The notes under the pieces are model-generated. The model was not told the DNA's origin and did not search any database. It worked only from the letters and a program-made list of their open reading frames with translations. From Squalus acanthias (Eukaryota), in the NCBI GenBank assembly GCA_030390025.1, contig CM059432.1, forward strand, positions 78,618,001-78,682,000: a DNA stretch of 64,000 bases, in the 5' to 3' direction. Positions 59,440 to 64,000 of the stretch are shown here, piece after piece; positions within the stretch are counted from its first letter, which is position 1, and the number at the start of each line of letters is the position of its first letter. The translations under genes and the position numbers were made by a program.

Positions 59440-61441
59440 GGGGTGAAATTCCACAGTGTTGACAAATGGGCGCAGGCACCATGATGCGCCATATGCCAAC
59501 GCCCATTCAAGGAGCGCAGGCAGCACGTCAACTTCATGCTACCTGCTAATTATAATGATTGCAGCGCACAGCCTAGCATTGAATGCGCTGCTGACAGGCT
59601 GTGCATTCAGCAGGGGGCCGAAGCTTGCAACGTTCAAGTGAGGCTACTTAAAGCTAGCCTGCGCCTCTTAAAGGCAGTTTGCACCTCTTAAAGGTGAGCT
59701 GCCTTCTGCTGATCAAAAATGGTAAAAATGCTTCAGCACTAACCCAAATGGCTCAACAGGCCAGGGAAAGGGCACCCAAGGTCTCGGGCGCAGCAGTCAC
59801 GCTTTGTGCAGGGGGTGAACACTGGAAGAGAAGTCCTCTACCCTCTGGAGGCCAGGAGGCCCTCCAAAAAGAAGGATGTGGGACCAGATCGCCAAGGCGG
59901 TCACTGCCAGCAGTGTCCCCCCACCCCGCCAGGACCTGGCTCCAGTGCCCAAAGAAGTTTCATGACCTCAGACGAGTGGCCAGTGAATGCATCTTCAAAA
60001 AATATCTCCTACCAACTGCACCACTAGCCTCACACACTGCTCAATGCACAACACCACCACCCCCCACCCACCCCCCATCACTCACCTACAAACAATCTCT
60101 ACCAAACACAAGGCACATCTCACATTCCTAGCTTTACCTCACCCCCTTGGAGGCTGGCCATTCTTGGCAGGGGCATGGCTGAGCCCTTGGCCAGTGGCGG
60201 GACTGAAAGAATACAAGATGCCGGTATCCTCATACGTTATCCTCCTTCTCACATCCCACTTCACCCTCATCCCACAATATCTTCTGGTTTACAAGCTGCA
60301 CATGGTGTAAGCATGCACCTCTTGCTTTACCACCCCTCCCCTCACTACAACTCCACCCTTGTGCCTTCCTCATTTCAGACACCCAAGAAATTCAGCCTGC
60401 CCAGCCAATGGGTCAATAAGAAGGGGGAGAGGACAATGTAGAAGAAGAAGAAGAAACACCATCACTCGATTTCACACTCCCAGCCACCAGCTCATCGAGG
60501 TCGTCCTGCAAGGCTATCTGCAGTGTCCCCCACTGAAAGTCAGCAGCCTTCCACCAGCCATGCTGCAGCCACTAGGGTAGCACTGTGTGACATCACCAGG
60601 ATAGGCAAAGGCACACGCAAGACACTCGCTAAGGGAATGCACAAGGGTGGTTCATTGATTTTTTTGATGTAATATTGGATAGATAGATGTATAAAGTTGG
60701 ATTGGAAAGTTTGCTTTATGGTGGCTTTTATTTCAGCTTTGTGGCCAAGAGGACGCTTTGATGGTCAATAACAGAGGGAAGGTAAGGTGTGGGACAAATG
60801 TTGAAAGGGGAATCTAGGTTGTGTTCACTGGTACCGCAGGCAGATGATTCGATCCCTGATATCCTGACTGTCTGGGTTGCCTCCTTCATTCACTTCCTCC
60901 TCTTCTGCTTCTTCCTCCTCCTCCTCCTCCTCCCTCTGTGAGCAGCTTGTCCCCTTTGCTGCCTCTGCTCCATCTCCATGTCATGCTGCAGCCCAAGGGG
61001 GACTGCAACTAGAGCCCCCAGAACTGGAAGCAAGTGGTGTTCTCAGAGGCCTTCCTTTAAGTGCCAAACGTCCAGCAGCACTCCCTTCACACTTTAATAA
61101 CTTTTTAAATGTATTACACCAAGCCACCACTCCAATAAAATGTAAAGAAACCAGTACAAAAACAAAAATCTAAACTTACCTCAAAGTTGCCTGTGTCCCT
61201 TTAAGAAGCGCTGGTAGGGGGTCCGTCGTACTGCTGCACACACATTCTGCTGTGCCTGCTTTGGAGAGGGTGCTAAAAGGAGCGGTAACATCCAAAATAC
61301 CAGATTCTCCTGATTGATGTCACGATCTGACTAACTTCCATATCTGGAGTGAGCGCAAGCAACGGTAGCGCTGTCGGCCTGCCCAAAATGGTCATCTAAA
61401 CCAGACTTAACGACCTGCGTGAACAGGACGAATTTCACGAT
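59440..61441. mobile_element. Harbinger copy F, internally deleted (Myb-like remnant + from 59748; only the extreme ends of the transposase)
   Basis: Ends ggggtgaaattc / gaatttcacga; RTWLQCPKKFHDLRRV; patchy colinearity with copy A. Confidence 0.78.
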
Positions 61442-61522
61442 GTCCAGGTTTATGGTGGTATTATGTTTGAACTGGTGCCATCAAAGGCACATCAGGACTT
61501 CGAATAAAATATCAAATACTAT

Positions 61523-62222
61523 GGGGGAAACATTCAGTGGCGCCCCCTTTGGGGCGCTAACGTCGCCTGGTCGCTAATTTTAGTGCCCCAAAAAAGTTAG
61601 CGCCTCTGCTCCGTAAATTCAGTAGTAGCACCCCAAGCAGGAGGCGGGGCGCTACTGGAAAGCGTTCCCCCTCCTACCTGGGGTGCTACCAGTGAATTTC
61701 ACGGCGCTACCTGCAACAGCACCACACGAGGTGGCACCTAGCGCCGCGTCATTGCAGGCCTCCTCTCCCGATTAAAGGGGAGGGGCCTAGTGCTGCGTGC
61801 ACCGGGGCCCTGCTGGACCACCAGGGAGCGGGGTGCCGGGAAAACAGCCCGGCATTCAAGAGGAGTGCCGGGCTGAGCGGTCGCGGCCGGCACCCCGCAA
61901 ACAGAGGTAAGTAGGAGCAGGTGCTGGCAGTCGGCCAAAAGAAAAATGGCCACCCGGCACCTGCCCTTTAATTTGCGCCGCCGCTGCTGCCAAAACACCT
62001 CCTGAACCAGTCAGACATATCATCCAGCGATAGGTCAGGGGGCACAAGGGAAGTTTGCGGCCGGGGCGGAAGCAGGGTGCTACCGGATACCGCCACCGCT
62101 AACCTCCCGCTGAATTTTGCGGGAGACGTTAGCGGCGTCGCGCGGGGCGCTAGGGTCTTTGTGCCCCGTTAGCGCCCCCCAGAGGCACTAACTTGAGGCG
62201 TAAAGCAACCCAATTTTTCCCC
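61523..62222. mobile_element. Non-autonomous Harbinger-type element, 700 bp, related to 40125-41017 in opposite orientation
   Basis: TIR-like GGGGGAAACATT / AATTTTTCCCC; TSD TAT (61520-61522, 62223-62225); both subterminal regions homologous to the 40125 element. Confidence 0.88.
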
Positions 62223-63489
62223 TATTTTTTGAAAAAGTCATTACACACAAACAGCCGATGGTGATTTACATTGAGCTGTGACTAATTCTGCTGAATTGGA
62301 ATGTTGCCAAGATAATTACTAAGTCCAACTAATAGTAAAACATAAATAACACACTGATAGATTAAAATGAACTTCTAATGAAGTTGTAGTTAAAGGAAAA
62401 CACTTGTGGGTGAATTCACCAATCCCACACAAACAGCACAAAGCTGTGCTCGAAGGGAGTTTGGGTCAGAAATAGGGCTGCAACACTCCCACTGGAAGCA
62501 CTGGATCAGTAAATTCACCCTGGAGTTTATTAAACTAAAATTAAATATTTTTCTTTTGTTCACTTGTAATGTGTATACAGGGTGGAGAGAGGCAGGACCT
62601 GAAGGAATTCCAGCATGGAAAATCCTTCCTGTTGGTCTGAAAACGTTTGGGCCTGCTCCACTGGTATAAGTGCGGCAGAGCGAGCACTGCTGACCTCTGC
62701 TCCTGATCCTGCCAGAGTATCTAGGGTCAGGACAGGGTCAGCTCATTTTAATACCTTTGGCAGGCACCTCAGGTATCTACCGGGCTGGGAGAAAAAAATG
62801 ACAGGATCCTGGAACCCGTCCTGTTCAATCAGGTCTCTTAAAGCAGTTATCGGGGGGGGGGGAAATATCCCTTTTTTTGGTATATTTTGCCGTATGTTGT
62901 TCCCAGTTGCTCTTGCTGGAAACACTGCCATTTTCATAATTTTTCTTTTGTTGCTACCAGTGCTTTCCTTCAGTAATCGTGATTGCTGCAGGCATTTAAA
63001 TAGCTTTGTACAAAGTGGTAAACATGAACTTTCCTTGCCAGTTTCTGAATGAGGAAGAGACGTTCATGAGGACCACTAAGTGCTGGTGCAACAACACTTG
63101 AAGCATTCCGTTCGCACCCTCACTACCTCAGACTCATGTTTACAGATCCCTGCCATGTACCACCAAGGAGACCTGTCTTCATCATCTCCACTTCACAGGA
63201 CAGACAGACACAGTTGTATCTGTTACGTTTTTGACTCCTCTCCACCCTTCTTCTAAAAACTTTAGTCCTACATTTTAGATTACTCTCATAAATATTCTCT
63301 GTTCCTCATGGCATTGAGATTACTTTCATTGGTGTTGATATCCAAATACGATTTTAGTAACATGCCCAAGATAATGAGCAGCAAACCTTTCTGAGAATTA
63401 GCTTCAGCTACTGAAACTATCTTTTGCATTAAGACAGAATCCATGTCAATAGAGTGAAGAAACAGGAAGGGAAATTGTACAGTGGTACA

Positions 63490-63600
63490 ATTTGAAAGTG
63501 TGGTGAGGAGGCGAAAAGGGAGATTAGAAAGTCTAAAAAGAAACATGAAAAGTCTGGCAGATAATATAACAGACAGCAAAGTTTCTCATATGTACTCCAA
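63490..63600 (+). mobile_element. Old CR1 fragment
   Basis: aaaagggagattagaaagtctaaaaagaaacatgaaaag resembles 35730-35770 (KEIRKAKRGHEK). Confidence 0.45.
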
Positions 63601-64000
63601 GGTCCTACATGGAAAGAAAGGGCTTCTACGCAATTATTGTTCAGGTGGTATCTTGCCACCAAAATATCATTACCTACTTCAATGACTATTGTCCAGGAAA
63701 CAGCCCTCATCCCATAGCAAATGGTAGTCCAAGATTTTTTTTTGGAAGGAGAAGGAACAGTGGGGGGCGGGGGGGTGTTGTCTTTTAGGAGACCAAGGTT
63801 AATAGCTGCACCATGGCTCCTAACCCTAGTGAGAAACCCCCTAACAGCAGAGGAAGGGGCTGGCCACAATGAAAGAGTGTGTGCAAAAGTGTATGGTTGT
63901 TTTTGAAATGGCACCTCGCAAAGTGTGCAAGAGATCCCATCTTAGGTTATTGCCATCCTTAATAGGCCCTACAAGAACACATTATTACCTTCCTCCTGAT

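Overview
Repeat-dense, gene-poor vertebrate DNA. It is most likely from a cartilaginous fish (shark/ray), inferred from an HE1-type V-SINE, HER1/CR1-type LINE tails and a DeuSINE. No host protein-coding gene could be identified with confidence; only a few weak candidate exons were found. About 60% of the window is recognisable transposable-element sequence, by rough estimate. It contains six PIF/Harbinger DNA transposons or derivatives carrying an intron-containing Myb/SANT-like gene, four of them with a convergent, decayed DDE transposase. There are three well-bounded non-autonomous TIR elements with 3-bp TSDs, and a nearly complete GC-rich CsRn1-type Gypsy LTR retrotransposon (CHCC Gag knuckle, tRNA-Trp PBS, CCAT TSD). 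Several CR1 LINE pieces are present, as are Penelope-like (GIY-YIG) fragments whose ends carry minimal hammerhead ribozyme motifs. A 14-kb multi-level nested insertion spans 33398-47433. The most unusual signal is a ~3.15-kb single-ORF EN-RT LINE (14769-17924; second truncated copy 48633-50843). It begins with a tRNA-like A/B-box head, has no ORF1, and has no TTTT run on its sense strand in either copy. That is the pattern expected of a protein-coding retrotransposon transcribed by RNA polymerase III. All counts and alignments were done by eye.
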